In this document: positions 26,447 to 33,975 of the stretch, piece by piece
Numbering within the stretch: the stretch's first letter is position 1
How the letters are laid out: every line of letters begins with the position of its first letter
DNA from: a virus
Taxonomy: Duplodnaviria > Heunggongvirae > Uroviricota > Caudoviricetes
Virus record (IMG/VR): IMGVR_UViG_3300043313_001192
Coordinates: 89,598 to 153,597 of that record
Direction: 5' to 3' (one strand)
Length of the DNA stretch: 64,000 bases
Notes under the pieces: model-generated
Told to the model about the DNA's origin: nothing
What the model saw: the letters and a program-made list of their open reading frames with translations, nothing else
Database searches by the model: none
Translations under genes and position numbers: made by a program

Positions 26447-27102
26447 CAGGCTGCTGCCTGGGCGGGCTCACAGCGGCGTACGCCGGACCAGTTGGCGTGG
26501 GAGAGGAAGTTCGCGGCATCGAACTTCAGCCCCAGGTACTGGCCCACCCAGCCGTCGGCGGTGGGCAGCACCTCGTAGCCGTCGCGCATCCCCGGCGCTA
26601 CGCAGGCACGGCCCAGCATGCAGCCGTGCTCGTCGGTGCGCACGATGTTGCCGTGCACCGTCTCGCGGTGCATCTCCAGCCAGTACAGGTGCCCGTCCGA
26701 GCCCAGTACCGCGACCCGCTGCTGCTCGTCGCGGACTTCCCGCTCGTCCTCGGTCAGCAGCTCGTCGAGCAGGTCGAGCGCCCGCGAGTGCGCCACCAGC
26801 CGGTTCTCCATCCGCGCCTGCTCGGCAGCCAGCTGCTCGCGGGAACGCTGCTCGCGGCGCGCCTGCAGCTCGTCGGCCTGCTGCTGGGTGAGCGCCCGCC
26901 GCTCCTGGTAGCGCCGGTCGTCCTCCATCCAGGCGTCCCAGACCGGCTGCTGCCAGGTGAGGTTCGAGATCGTGGTCGTCGTGCTGGTGGTGTTCAGCCA
27001 GTAATGCCAGACCTGATCGTTGGTGGGCACCGTCCAGGCCGCGGCCGTACCGGTGGTGAAGTGCGGATGGGTCACCCACGCGTTGGCGGTGTAGGTCGCC
27101 AT
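26446..27102 (-). CDS. hypothetical protein with coiled-coil segment (218 aa)
   Basis: ORF MATYTANAWVTHPHFTTGTAAAWTVPTNDQVWHYW...; central Q/E/R-rich helix. Confidence 0.45.
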   Translation of the reverse strand: MATYTANAWVTHPHFTTGTAAAWTVPTNDQVWHYWLNTTSTTTTISNLTWQQPVWDAWMEDDRRYQERRALTQQQADELQARREQRSREQLAAEQARMENRLVAHSRALDLLDELLTEDEREVRDEQQRVAVLGSDGHLYWLEMHRETVHGNIVRTDEHGCMLGRACVAPGMRDGYEVLPTADGWVGQYLGLKFDAANFLSHANWSGVRRCEPAQAAA

Positions 27103-27107
27103 CGGTC

Positions 27108-27392
27108 CTACCCGCCAGCGGTCTGGCGCACCATGACGATCTTCCCGCGCTGCGGGTCGAAGTCGCGGATGACCTCACCGGTCTTGCCGCCGGTCTCCGG
27201 GTCGACCGCGTAGGCCAGCATCTTCTTCTTCTTCGCGGCGTCGAACGCGGCCTTGGCCGCAGCCACCTCGTCGGGATTGGCCGGGTCCCACATGACCCTG
27301 GTGTCGCCGGTGGCGTCGGTGATGTGCAGTGCGTGTTGGCTGGGGGCGAGGGTGTCGGTTGTCATGCGCACACTCTTCCCTGAGTTCCCCAC
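27108..27392 (-). CDS. small protein, paralogue B (94 aa)
   Basis: See 25481..25759; ...RVMWDPANPDEVAAAKAAFDAAKKKKMLAYAVDPETGGKTGEVIRDFDPQRGKIVMVRQTAGG. Confidence 0.45.
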   Translation of the reverse strand: MGNSGKSVRMTTDTLAPSQHALHITDATGDTRVMWDPANPDEVAAAKAAFDAAKKKKMLAYAVDPETGGKTGEVIRDFDPQRGKIVMVRQTAGG

Positions 27393-27404
27393 CTTGGGAA
27401 GACC

Positions 27405-27740
27405 TCAAGCCCTCCAGGGAGCTTCCTTGCCGTCCACGATCGCCAGCGTCGGGCACAGCGCGTAGCCGGGCAGGTGCTTGTGATCGGTTGCACAATCCTC
27501 GGTCTGGCCGAAGTTCACCTGGGTGCAGCAGTGACGGCAGATCGTCATCAGCAGCCCCTCCTCACACGTCCAACCGACCCCGTCGACGTACATCGCCTCC
27601 GGGTCGTTCTCGGTGTGCAGGTGACTGCAGCTGTCGTAGACCCCGTACTCGGCGTGCAGGGCGTGCAGCGCCTGGATCATCCGTGCCCGTGAAAGGTCAT
27701 GCACGGCGGCTCCGCTGGTCTGCAGCAGTGTCCTGGCCAT
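27405..27740 (-). CDS. Cys-rich protein (111 aa)
   Basis: Many Cys (CSHLH...CEEG...CRHCC...C...C); normal composition. Confidence 0.4.
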   Translation of the reverse strand: MARTLLQTSGAAVHDLSRARMIQALHALHAEYGVYDSCSHLHTENDPEAMYVDGVGWTCEEGLLMTICRHCCTQVNFGQTEDCATDHKHLPGYALCPTLAIVDGKEAPWRA

Positions 27741-27743
27741 CCT

Positions 27744-28004
27744 TCATCCCTTCGTCGTCCCCGTCTTCTTCGGTGGGTACAGCACGTCGGCGTTGGGCTC
27801 CTCGCCGCGCTGCTGCATCAGCAGCGTGTAAGCCACGTTGAAGGCGTCCTTGTCCGAGCGGCGCATCCGCTCCTCGTCCCCCGGCATCACGTAGCGGCAC
27901 TCGGTGCGCGAGCACCAGTAGTTGCCGTTGTACTCCAGCTCGCTCTGGCACCTCGGGCAGCGTGATCCGTGGATCAGCTGCCCGTCGCCTGACCACTCAG
28001 GCAT
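27744..28004 (-). CDS. zinc-ribbon protein (86 aa)
   Basis: CPRC...(N9)...C..TEC Cys4 arrangement. Confidence 0.4.
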   Translation of the reverse strand: MPEWSGDGQLIHGSRCPRCQSELEYNGNYWCSRTECRYVMPGDEERMRRSDKDAFNVAYTLLMQQRGEEPNADVLYPPKKTGTTKG

Positions 28005-28022
28005 CGGTCTCCTTCCGTTGAC

Positions 28023-28373
28023 TCAGCCCTTCTCAGGGACCGACTCCAGTTCGAGCTTCAGCGGTTTCGCGTGCTCGATCGCGGTACGCAGCTCGGTGAT
28101 GCACAGCGACAGCACCGCGTCGGCGACACGCGCCTGCCAGTCGTCGTTGGTGGGGTAGGTATTGCGGTCCTTCTCCCACTGCGCGAGCAGCTTGTCCACC
28201 TCGGCCTGCAACCGCATCGAGGAGGGCAACAGCACCGAGAGCACCCGCGCAGCGGCGTCCTCGCTGGCCTTGTACATCGTCTCGCCCGCATTGCGGGCGT
28301 CGAAGAAGGCGTTCCGGATGACGCCAGCCAGGGTCTCGTGCAGGAAGTCCTCCTGCTCGCTGGCAGCCATCAC
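28023..28373 (-). CDS. hypothetical protein (116 aa)
   Basis: Start judged at MAASEQEDFLHETLAGVIRNAFFDARNAGETMYK (ATGA overlap with the upstream stop at 28370). Confidence 0.4.
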   Translation of the reverse strand: MMAASEQEDFLHETLAGVIRNAFFDARNAGETMYKASEDAAARVLSVLLPSSMRLQAEVDKLLAQWEKDRNTYPTNDDWQARVADAVLSLCITELRTAIEHAKPLKLELESVPEKG

Positions 28374-28720
28374 TCGGCCAGGTAGGACTGGGTGTTGGCT
28401 GCGAACGAGGCCGCCCACTGCCAGCGGTTCTGCACGTAGCGCTGGAAGTCCATGTAGTCGAGCTGGACGGAGGTGCCCTGCTCCCACTCCAGCATCTCGA
28501 TCGCGGTGTTGAACTCCTCGGTGTGATCCTCGGGGACCGGCAGCGCGAACGAGCGGCGGATCTTCTTGCCTTCCCGCGCCTCCTCCAGCGCCCGGTCCAG
28601 CTCGGCGATCATCGCGTCGCGATAGCGCTCCTGGGCCTTGAGGAACATCGAGCGATGCTCGTCCCGATTGGCCCGAATCTTGGCGATCAGATCGGCCTTG
28701 TCAACGGTGATCTCCTGCAT
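28370..28720 (-). CDS. hypothetical protein (~116 aa)
   Basis: Start judged at MQEITVDKADLIAKIRANRDEHRSMFLKAQERYRDAMIAELDRALEEAREGKK. Confidence 0.4.
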   Translation of the reverse strand: MQEITVDKADLIAKIRANRDEHRSMFLKAQERYRDAMIAELDRALEEAREGKKIRRSFALPVPEDHTEEFNTAIEMLEWEQGTSVQLDYMDFQRYVQNRWQWAASFAANTQSYLAE

Positions 28721-28758
28721 GTGTCGCTCCTTCGTTGCGGATGGTCCGAGAGGGAAGT

Positions 28759-29073
28759 TCAGAGGGGCCACTGCATCCAGTCGGCGCGGGCGAACCGACC
28801 ACCGTCGCTGGACCACGGCCGGTGCACGTTGGGTTGCTGCTCACGGTCGTCCAGCTCGTCGCAGAACCGGCGCTCCAGCCGTGCCGGATGGGTGTCGTAG
28901 GACGCCTCCACGGCTGCCCAGGCGTCGTCCTCGGTCTTGGCCGGGACCGAGGCCACGATGACCGAGCGTTGTGCCCCCAGCTCGATGGTGTAGCCGCTGA
29001 TCCACCAGGGCGTGTGCAGCTCGAACTCCCCGTCGTCGGGGTGGTGGTACCAGGAGATCCACCAGCCCTTCAC
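28759..29073 (-). CDS. hypothetical protein (104 aa)
   Basis: ORF MKGWWISWYHHPDDGEFELHTPWWISGYTIELGAQRSVIVASVPAKTEDDAWAAVE... Confidence 0.4.
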   Translation of the reverse strand: MKGWWISWYHHPDDGEFELHTPWWISGYTIELGAQRSVIVASVPAKTEDDAWAAVEASYDTHPARLERRFCDELDDREQQPNVHRPWSSDGGRFARADWMQWPL

Positions 29074-29351
29074 AGATCGACCTGACCAGGGGTGGCGTGG
29101 ATCAGTGCCTGACCCTCACTGTCGTAGGCACACGCAGTGGCTGACCCGCAGACCGGGCAGGTGGTCTGCAGCGTCTGGACCAGGTCGTCCAGCTGGGCCT
29201 GGTCGTACTGGTCGGCGATGTCGACCGGGTCCGGGGCCAAGCCCAGATTCCGGTTCACCTGCGCCCAGAAGTCGTCGTCGTTCAGTCTTCGACGAGTGCC
29301 TGTCTCCGAACACTCGGCGAGCCAGCCTGCGTGTGCGAATGGAGCGGTCAT
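29070..29351 (-). CDS. small Cys-containing protein (93 aa)
   Basis: Start MTAPFAHAGWLAECSETGTRRRLNDDDFW...TTCPVCGSATACAYDSEG (ATGA overlap at 29348-29351). The upstream part of ORF 29070..29837 is run-on. Confidence 0.35.
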   Translation of the reverse strand: MTAPFAHAGWLAECSETGTRRRLNDDDFWAQVNRNLGLAPDPVDIADQYDQAQLDDLVQTLQTTCPVCGSATACAYDSEGQALIHATPGQVDL

Positions 29352-30172
29352 GACGGTCTCCCCAACCCCCAATGCGCCACGTGCGCGTCGACGGAGAACT
29401 CTCCGATCCTGCCCCAGTCCGCATGGTCGGGCAACGGGGTGCCGTTCTCCAGGATCTGCTGGGTGGTCTGGGTCAACCCGAGGATGACTCGGGAGACCTC
29501 CTCGCGCGGGACCTCCCCGCGCTTGACCGCCAGCACGTGCTCGCGCGGTGTCTCCGGCAGCGGCAGGCTCAGTCGTCCCAGCAAGCAGATCTCGTAGCCC
29601 TGGTAGGCCAGGCGGAGAGCGTGCGCGGCGAACTTGACGTCGAAGCCGTACTTCTCGACCAGCTCCGGCCGATTGGGCACATTGCCCCGCTTGCCGCGCC
29701 CCATCATCCGCTCGTGCTGGGCGAACATGTAGCCCAGGAACCGATCGACCGCGGCCTTGGACATGAACGCCTCGCGCATCCCGCGCAGGATCTCCCCGGT
29801 CTCGGTGATCTCCAGCACCGACTCCTCCGGGCACCACAGCGGCAGCTGCGCGGTGGGGTTGCCGACCGCGGCCAGCCGCAGGTACTTGCGCAGCGAGTAG
29901 AGGTTCAGGTCCAGGTCGCCGGGCTGGGAGCGCTCCCCCTCCGGCTGGGTCCGGTAGACCGCGACGTCCATCGGCTCGCCCATCCCGACGACGCTCTCGA
30001 CCGGCTCGATGAAGATGCCCATCTCATCGCGGTCGTCGAAGCCCTCGATCGCGATCCCGTGCACCCCGGAGCCGACCACGGTGCGCAGGATCAAGTTGGC
30101 CTGGGCCGTCTTGACGTTCCCGTAGGAGACGTTGGGGCGCTCTTCCTCGACCTCAGTCACCGAACACCTCAA
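29348..30172 (-). CDS. putative nucleotidyltransferase-fold protein (tentative)
   Basis: 274 aa; GSGVHGIAIEGFDDRDEMGIF resembles the G[SG]-x9-13-D.[DE] Pol-beta-type NTase motif; helical C-terminal half. Confidence 0.4.
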   Translation of the reverse strand: MRCSVTEVEEERPNVSYGNVKTAQANLILRTVVGSGVHGIAIEGFDDRDEMGIFIEPVESVVGMGEPMDVAVYRTQPEGERSQPGDLDLNLYSLRKYLRLAAVGNPTAQLPLWCPEESVLEITETGEILRGMREAFMSKAAVDRFLGYMFAQHERMMGRGKRGNVPNRPELVEKYGFDVKFAAHALRLAYQGYEICLLGRLSLPLPETPREHVLAVKRGEVPREEVSRVILGLTQTTQQILENGTPLPDHADWGRIGEFSVDAHVAHWGLGRPS

Positions 30173-30371
30173 CCGCCGCCGCGAGCAGTGTCTTCAGCGG
30201 CACCGCGGCCTGCTCGAAGACGTCGTCGATGTGAGCGAGGCAGGCGCCGACGTCATCCACCGAGACGACCACCTCGGTGCTGCCGCAGAACGCGCAGGTC
30301 TCGGGCGGTGTGTGGGTGCACTCGTCCATCAGCGGATCACCGCCGGGTCGGCCATGAACTCGTGAGCCCAC
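30153..30371 (-). CDS. small Cys-containing protein (72 aa)
   Basis: ORF MGSRVHGRPGGDPLMDECTHTPPETCAFCGSTEVVVSVDDVGACLAHIDDVFEQ... Confidence 0.3.
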   Translation of the reverse strand: MGSRVHGRPGGDPLMDECTHTPPETCAFCGSTEVVVSVDDVGACLAHIDDVFEQAAVPLKTLLAAAVEVFGD

Positions 30372-30574
30372 GCCTGCTGGTAGTCGCAGTCCCGACAGAT
30401 CCAGCCGTCCTTGGTGGCCACCAGCACGCCGATGTCGCCGTCGCCGTGGTCCTGATGGCCGGGCATGTCCCGGTCGGCACAGGTGAACGGGTGGAACATG
30501 CTGGCGCGCTGGAAGGCGTTCAGAGCGTCGACCTGCTCCTGGGTCCAGGGCGGGGTGATCTGATCGAGTTTCAT
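30329..30574 (-). CDS. small protein (81 aa)
   Basis: Start judged at MKLDQITPPWTQEQVDALNAFQRASMFHPFTCADRDMPGHQDHGDGDIGVLVATKDGWICRDCDYQQAW. Confidence 0.35.
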   Translation of the reverse strand: MKLDQITPPWTQEQVDALNAFQRASMFHPFTCADRDMPGHQDHGDGDIGVLVATKDGWICRDCDYQQAWAHEFMADPAVIR

Positions 30575-30615
30575 GAAGTCACAGCCTTCATCGTCGTAGA
30601 AGTGAAGCGTGATGC

Positions 30616-30984
30616 TCACTCTCGGAAGTCCAGGTGCTCCGCGGCCTCCCACAGCGCCTCGGTGGCGATGTGCGGACCGAAGACCGCCCGGCCGCGCCAC
30701 TTGAAGCCCTCGCGGCACTCGTGCTCCTCGTAGGCCATGAACAGCGCGAACGCGCGCCGCACGATCTCCCCGTCGGTCATGTGCTCGGAGAGGTACGCCT
30801 TGCCGCCGTGGCCCAGGCCGACGATCTGGGTGTAGACGTCCGGCCGCTCGCACTCGACCTGGAGGTAGAGCCGCCCGGCCGGGTCCTTCTTGTCGCGCTC
30901 GCAGAGCAGCCGGTAGCGCGGCCAGTACTCGATCTCGTCGACCAGGGTCTTGACCCGTGTGTCGAAGTCGCTGTCGTTCGTCAT
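30616..30984 (-). CDS. hypothetical protein (122 aa)
   Basis: ORF MTNDSDFDTRVKTLVDEIEYWPRYRLLCERDKKDPAGRLYLQVECERPDVYTQIVGLGHGG... Confidence 0.45.
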   Translation of the reverse strand: MTNDSDFDTRVKTLVDEIEYWPRYRLLCERDKKDPAGRLYLQVECERPDVYTQIVGLGHGGKAYLSEHMTDGEIVRRAFALFMAYEEHECREGFKWRGRAVFGPHIATEALWEAAEHLDFRE

Positions 30985-31418
30985 CAGTCCTCCGCAGGTT
31001 CGAGTGCAAGCCGGTCGCGCCAGTCGTCGCGGAGCGTCCGGTTGGGGCTGGTCACCAGGTAGGGCAGCATCACCTCATCCAGCGTGGCCATCTGGGCCTC
31101 GATCAGCGCGAGCTGCGCGGCCAGCCAGTCCTTGACGATCCGCCAGGCCACCCGCTCGGCCTGCGCCGGGCGGTCATCCACCCGCTTGGATTCGCGCTTC
31201 TGAGCGGTCAGCAGCTTCTGCACGGCCCCGACGTCCACCGGGAGGTTGAACGTCCGTTCACCCCCTGGTGTACGCAGCATGAAGCTCATCCCCACCGGCT
31301 TGCCGTCCTCGTACATCACCGCGACCGCGCTGGCGCCGCTCTTGCCCAGCAGCGCCTGCATCTCGGCCGTGGTCCGGGAGACCGGTACGGCAGTGGTGTA
31401 GTTCAACGCAGGAGCCAC
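30984..31418 (-). CDS. hypothetical protein (144 aa)
   Basis: ORF MAPALNYTTAVPVSRTTAEMQALLGKSGASAVAVMYEDGKPVGMSFMLRTPGGERTFNLPVD... Confidence 0.45.
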   Translation of the reverse strand: MAPALNYTTAVPVSRTTAEMQALLGKSGASAVAVMYEDGKPVGMSFMLRTPGGERTFNLPVDVGAVQKLLTAQKRESKRVDDRPAQAERVAWRIVKDWLAAQLALIEAQMATLDEVMLPYLVTSPNRTLRDDWRDRLALEPAED

Positions 31419-31505
31419 GAACGTCCTTCTGTCTCTTGGGGCCGAGTGCCCTCACCCAAGATTCAGGGCAGCACACCGTGGTGTCAACAGGGTTCCACGG
31501 ACGGT

Positions 31506-32444
31506 CTACTTGCCGCCGCTCGGTGCGCTGAAGCCGGGGATGATCGGGCTCGGGTAGGGGTTGCAGTTTGGTGTCTCGATGCACTGGTTGATGTTGTACG
31601 CCTCCACCGACCCGAAGCCCGCGATCTCGGCACGGCGCTTCCCGGCCTCGGCCTGGGAGACCTTGATCTGGGCCTCCGCCTTGGCCTGGTCCGCCTTGGC
31701 CTGGGCCTCGGCCGACTGCGCCTTGGCCACGTTGGTCTGCTCCTCGGCGACCGCGTTGGACAGCGCCTTGCGGACCGGCTGGGCCTTGCCGACCAGCACC
31801 GAGATGTTGTCGAAGTACGCCTGGTGCGCGGTCTGGACCATCAGCGAGTCCTTCGACTTCAACGCCTCGGTCAGTCTGCGCTCGATCTCGGGCTTGGTGG
31901 TCGGGTCGTTCCACACCGCGCGCCAGTTGTAGTCCTGGATGATCCGGTCCAGCGTGGTGTCGGCCGGGTCGGCCACCAGCTTGCGCAGCACGGTCAGCCA
32001 CGCCTGGTTGTACCCAGCACCGGTGTCATCGAAGGTGCCGTCGCCGTTCTTGAACTGCACGCCGTAGCGCCGCGCGTACTTGGTGTAGAAGTCCTTGAGC
32101 CGCTTGCACTCGGTGATCAGGGTGAACCGGACCGTGACCGGGATGTACATCTCCACGTTGTCCTTGGTCACCGAGGTGAACCGACCGTCGTCCGAGCCCT
32201 TCTGGCCGGTGGCGTCCCACTCCCGCTCGGAGGTGGGGAAGTACTCGTAGTTGTCGTTGGTCAGGTAGCCACGGGTCGATGGCTGGATGCAGTCGCCCTT
32301 GACCTTCTTGGCCTCGAAGGGACCGGCGCCGACCCGGATCGCGACCATGTCCGAGGGCGTGCTGTAGCCGTGGAACGCGAACAGCCCGATGACCACGACC
32401 AGCGCGACCACCACGCCGATGGCGATGGAGACACCCTTGTACAT
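31506..32444 (-). CDS. SPFH/band-7 (prohibitin/flotillin-like) membrane protein
   Basis: N-terminal TM VSIAIGVVVALVVVIGLFAF, band-7-like core, then an Ala/Gln/Lys-rich coiled coil (AQSAEAQAKADQAKAEAQIKVSQAEAGKRRAE). Confidence 0.6.
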   Translation of the reverse strand: MYKGVSIAIGVVVALVVVIGLFAFHGYSTPSDMVAIRVGAGPFEAKKVKGDCIQPSTRGYLTNDNYEYFPTSEREWDATGQKGSDDGRFTSVTKDNVEMYIPVTVRFTLITECKRLKDFYTKYARRYGVQFKNGDGTFDDTGAGYNQAWLTVLRKLVADPADTTLDRIIQDYNWRAVWNDPTTKPEIERRLTEALKSKDSLMVQTAHQAYFDNISVLVGKAQPVRKALSNAVAEEQTNVAKAQSAEAQAKADQAKAEAQIKVSQAEAGKRRAEIAGFGSVEAYNINQCIETPNCNPYPSPIIPGFSAPSGGK

Positions 32445-32704
32445 CAGCAGCCCTTCGCGTTCGGGACGACGGTGATCGAGCCGTACGGCGCGTCAGCGTG
32501 GTAGGTCACGTAGACCCGGTTGCCGTGGTCGCACTTGGTGGCCACGTTGTTGAACCCGTCGGGGAAGGTGATCAGGTCGGCCTTGCCGCTGTTGGTCGCT
32601 CCCCGTCCCGAGTCCTTGTACGGCTCGGTGGCCTTCTCCCCGCAGCCGGTCACGACCAGCAGTCCCAGCACCGTCGCAGCGGTCAGTGTGGTGAAGCGCT
32701 TCAT
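32444..32704 (-). CDS. lipoprotein
   Basis: Start MKRFTTLTAATVLGLLVVTGC (lipobox VTGC); ATGA overlaps at both ends. Confidence 0.5.
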   Translation of the reverse strand: MKRFTTLTAATVLGLLVVTGCGEKATEPYKDSGRGATNSGKADLITFPDGFNNVATKCDHGNRVYVTYHADAPYGSITVVPNAKGC

Positions 32705-32991
32705 GGCTTGTCCTCTTCCTTCAGAGCCTCGGTGGCCAGTCCTTGGACGACCTGCCACATGCTGACGTCGGCGCCCTCGCCGAGGGTGATCTCGGTCTCG
32801 GCCAGGTCGTGGATCTCCTGCAGGGTCGCCGTCTGGTGGGCTTGGCGATCCTCCAGCTCCTCGACCTTCTTCTGCTTCTGCTGCAGGCCCAGCGTGGTCC
32901 GTTGCTTCTGCCGGTCCAGGAACAGTCCCCAGAGCCCCAGCAGGATCACCGTCACCACGATCATGGCAAGGAGGATCAGCAGCTTCCCCAT
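32701..32991 (-). CDS. single-TM coiled-coil membrane protein
   Basis: MGKLLILLAMIVVTVILLGLWGLFL then charged helix (QKQKKVEELEDRQAHQTATLQEI). Confidence 0.45.
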   Translation of the reverse strand: MGKLLILLAMIVVTVILLGLWGLFLDRQKQRTTLGLQQKQKKVEELEDRQAHQTATLQEIHDLAETEITLGEGADVSMWQVVQGLATEALKEEDKP

Positions 32992-33056
32992 GTCGTTCCT
33001 CGTTTCGTCATCCGTCGTTAGGAGGCGGACTTTAGCATGTGGGCAACTCTAAAACG

Positions 33057-33539
33057 TCACTCCAGGTTGGCCCAGGCGTCAGTCACCTTGTGCGCGGTGG
33101 CGTACCGGTAGACGCCGTGCCGGAGCGCGTCTCGCGCGTGCCCGGCACCGCCCTTGTGCCAGATCCCGACCCGGCGTAGCACCGTGTTGGGGACCAGTCG
33201 CTTGGCCTCGCTGGCGCCCTGGTAGACGAGCGTCTGATCACCGGGCAGCCCCCAGTGCTTCCAGATCAGGTACTCCAGCATCCCGTTGACCTTCAGCGAC
33301 CAGTCCGGGTTGGCCAGCTCGCCGGTCCGGGTGGTGATCACGAACCGCTCGGAGACCATCTCGGCGCGCGTGGGGTTGTGCAGTGCCAGGAACGCCTCGG
33401 CCATCTCACCGACCTCGGCCAGCGAGCCCTCGAAGGAGTCGACCTTCTCCACCCCGTTCTCGGCCGTCCAGTGCAGGATGGCGACCCCAGAGACCAGGCC
33501 AGGGTCGCAGCTGAACAACCACCAGGGTGGGTCGGTCAT
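33057..33539 (-). CDS. RuvC-like Holliday junction resolvase
   Basis: N-terminal LFSCDPGLVSGVAIL (RuvC-fold D..G...G.A motif); 160 aa, typical actinophage RuvC-like resolvase size. Confidence 0.6.
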   Translation of the reverse strand: MTDPPWWLFSCDPGLVSGVAILHWTAENGVEKVDSFEGSLAEVGEMAEAFLALHNPTRAEMVSERFVITTRTGELANPDWSLKVNGMLEYLIWKHWGLPGDQTLVYQGASEAKRLVPNTVLRRVGIWHKGGAGHARDALRHGVYRYATAHKVTDAWANLE

Positions 33540-33745
33540 GCGGGACCTGAAGGTGGCAGCAGCGCCGACATCATCTGGTGCGGAGCGAAGATGTGCAGCA
33601 GGCCAGGGATCAGCTGGGACTCCACCACCACGCGCTCGGTGCCGTCGAGCTTCTCGAAGAGCGCCACCACCGTCCCGTCGAAGGCGTAGTCGCCCTTGAT
33701 CTTGTGCACCCGCATCCCGACCTGCAGCTCACTCACTCCAGCCAC
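33536..33745 (-). CDS. hypothetical protein (69 aa)
   Basis: ORF MAGVSELQVGMRVHKIKGDYAFDGTVVALFEKLDGTERVVVESQLIPGLLHIF... Confidence 0.35.
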   Translation of the reverse strand: MAGVSELQVGMRVHKIKGDYAFDGTVVALFEKLDGTERVVVESQLIPGLLHIFAPHQMMSALLPPSGPA

Positions 33746-33975
33746 ACCTTCCCGTCCTCCTGGCCCTCCAGGACCAGCTTGGTAGCCATCAGGTAGACCT
33801 CTCGCTCGTAGCAGTCCGAGCAGCCACAGAACGGCATCCCCGACAGCGTCTCGATCTCGCCCTCGGTACCGTCCTCCAGGGAGACCTCCAGGAGGTCGAC
33901 GTACTCACGCATCGCTCCCATGAACGCCTCGCCCCACTCCTCCTCGAAGATCGGGACACGTCCGTAGCTAGACAT
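33733..33975 (-). CDS. hypothetical protein (80 aa)
   Basis: ORF MSSYGRVPIFEEEWGEAFMGAMREYVDLLEVSLEDGTEGEIETLSGMPFCGCSDCYEREV... Confidence 0.35.
   Translation of the reverse strand: MSSYGRVPIFEEEWGEAFMGAMREYVDLLEVSLEDGTEGEIETLSGMPFCGCSDCYEREVYLMATKLVLEGQEDGKVWLE

Noticed and set aside
30957-32504. 515-aa plus-strand ORF and 31258..32001 minus ORF in another frame
   Set aside because: Overlap the better-supported minus-strand genes 30984..31418 and 31506..32444 (SPFH); compositionally biased.
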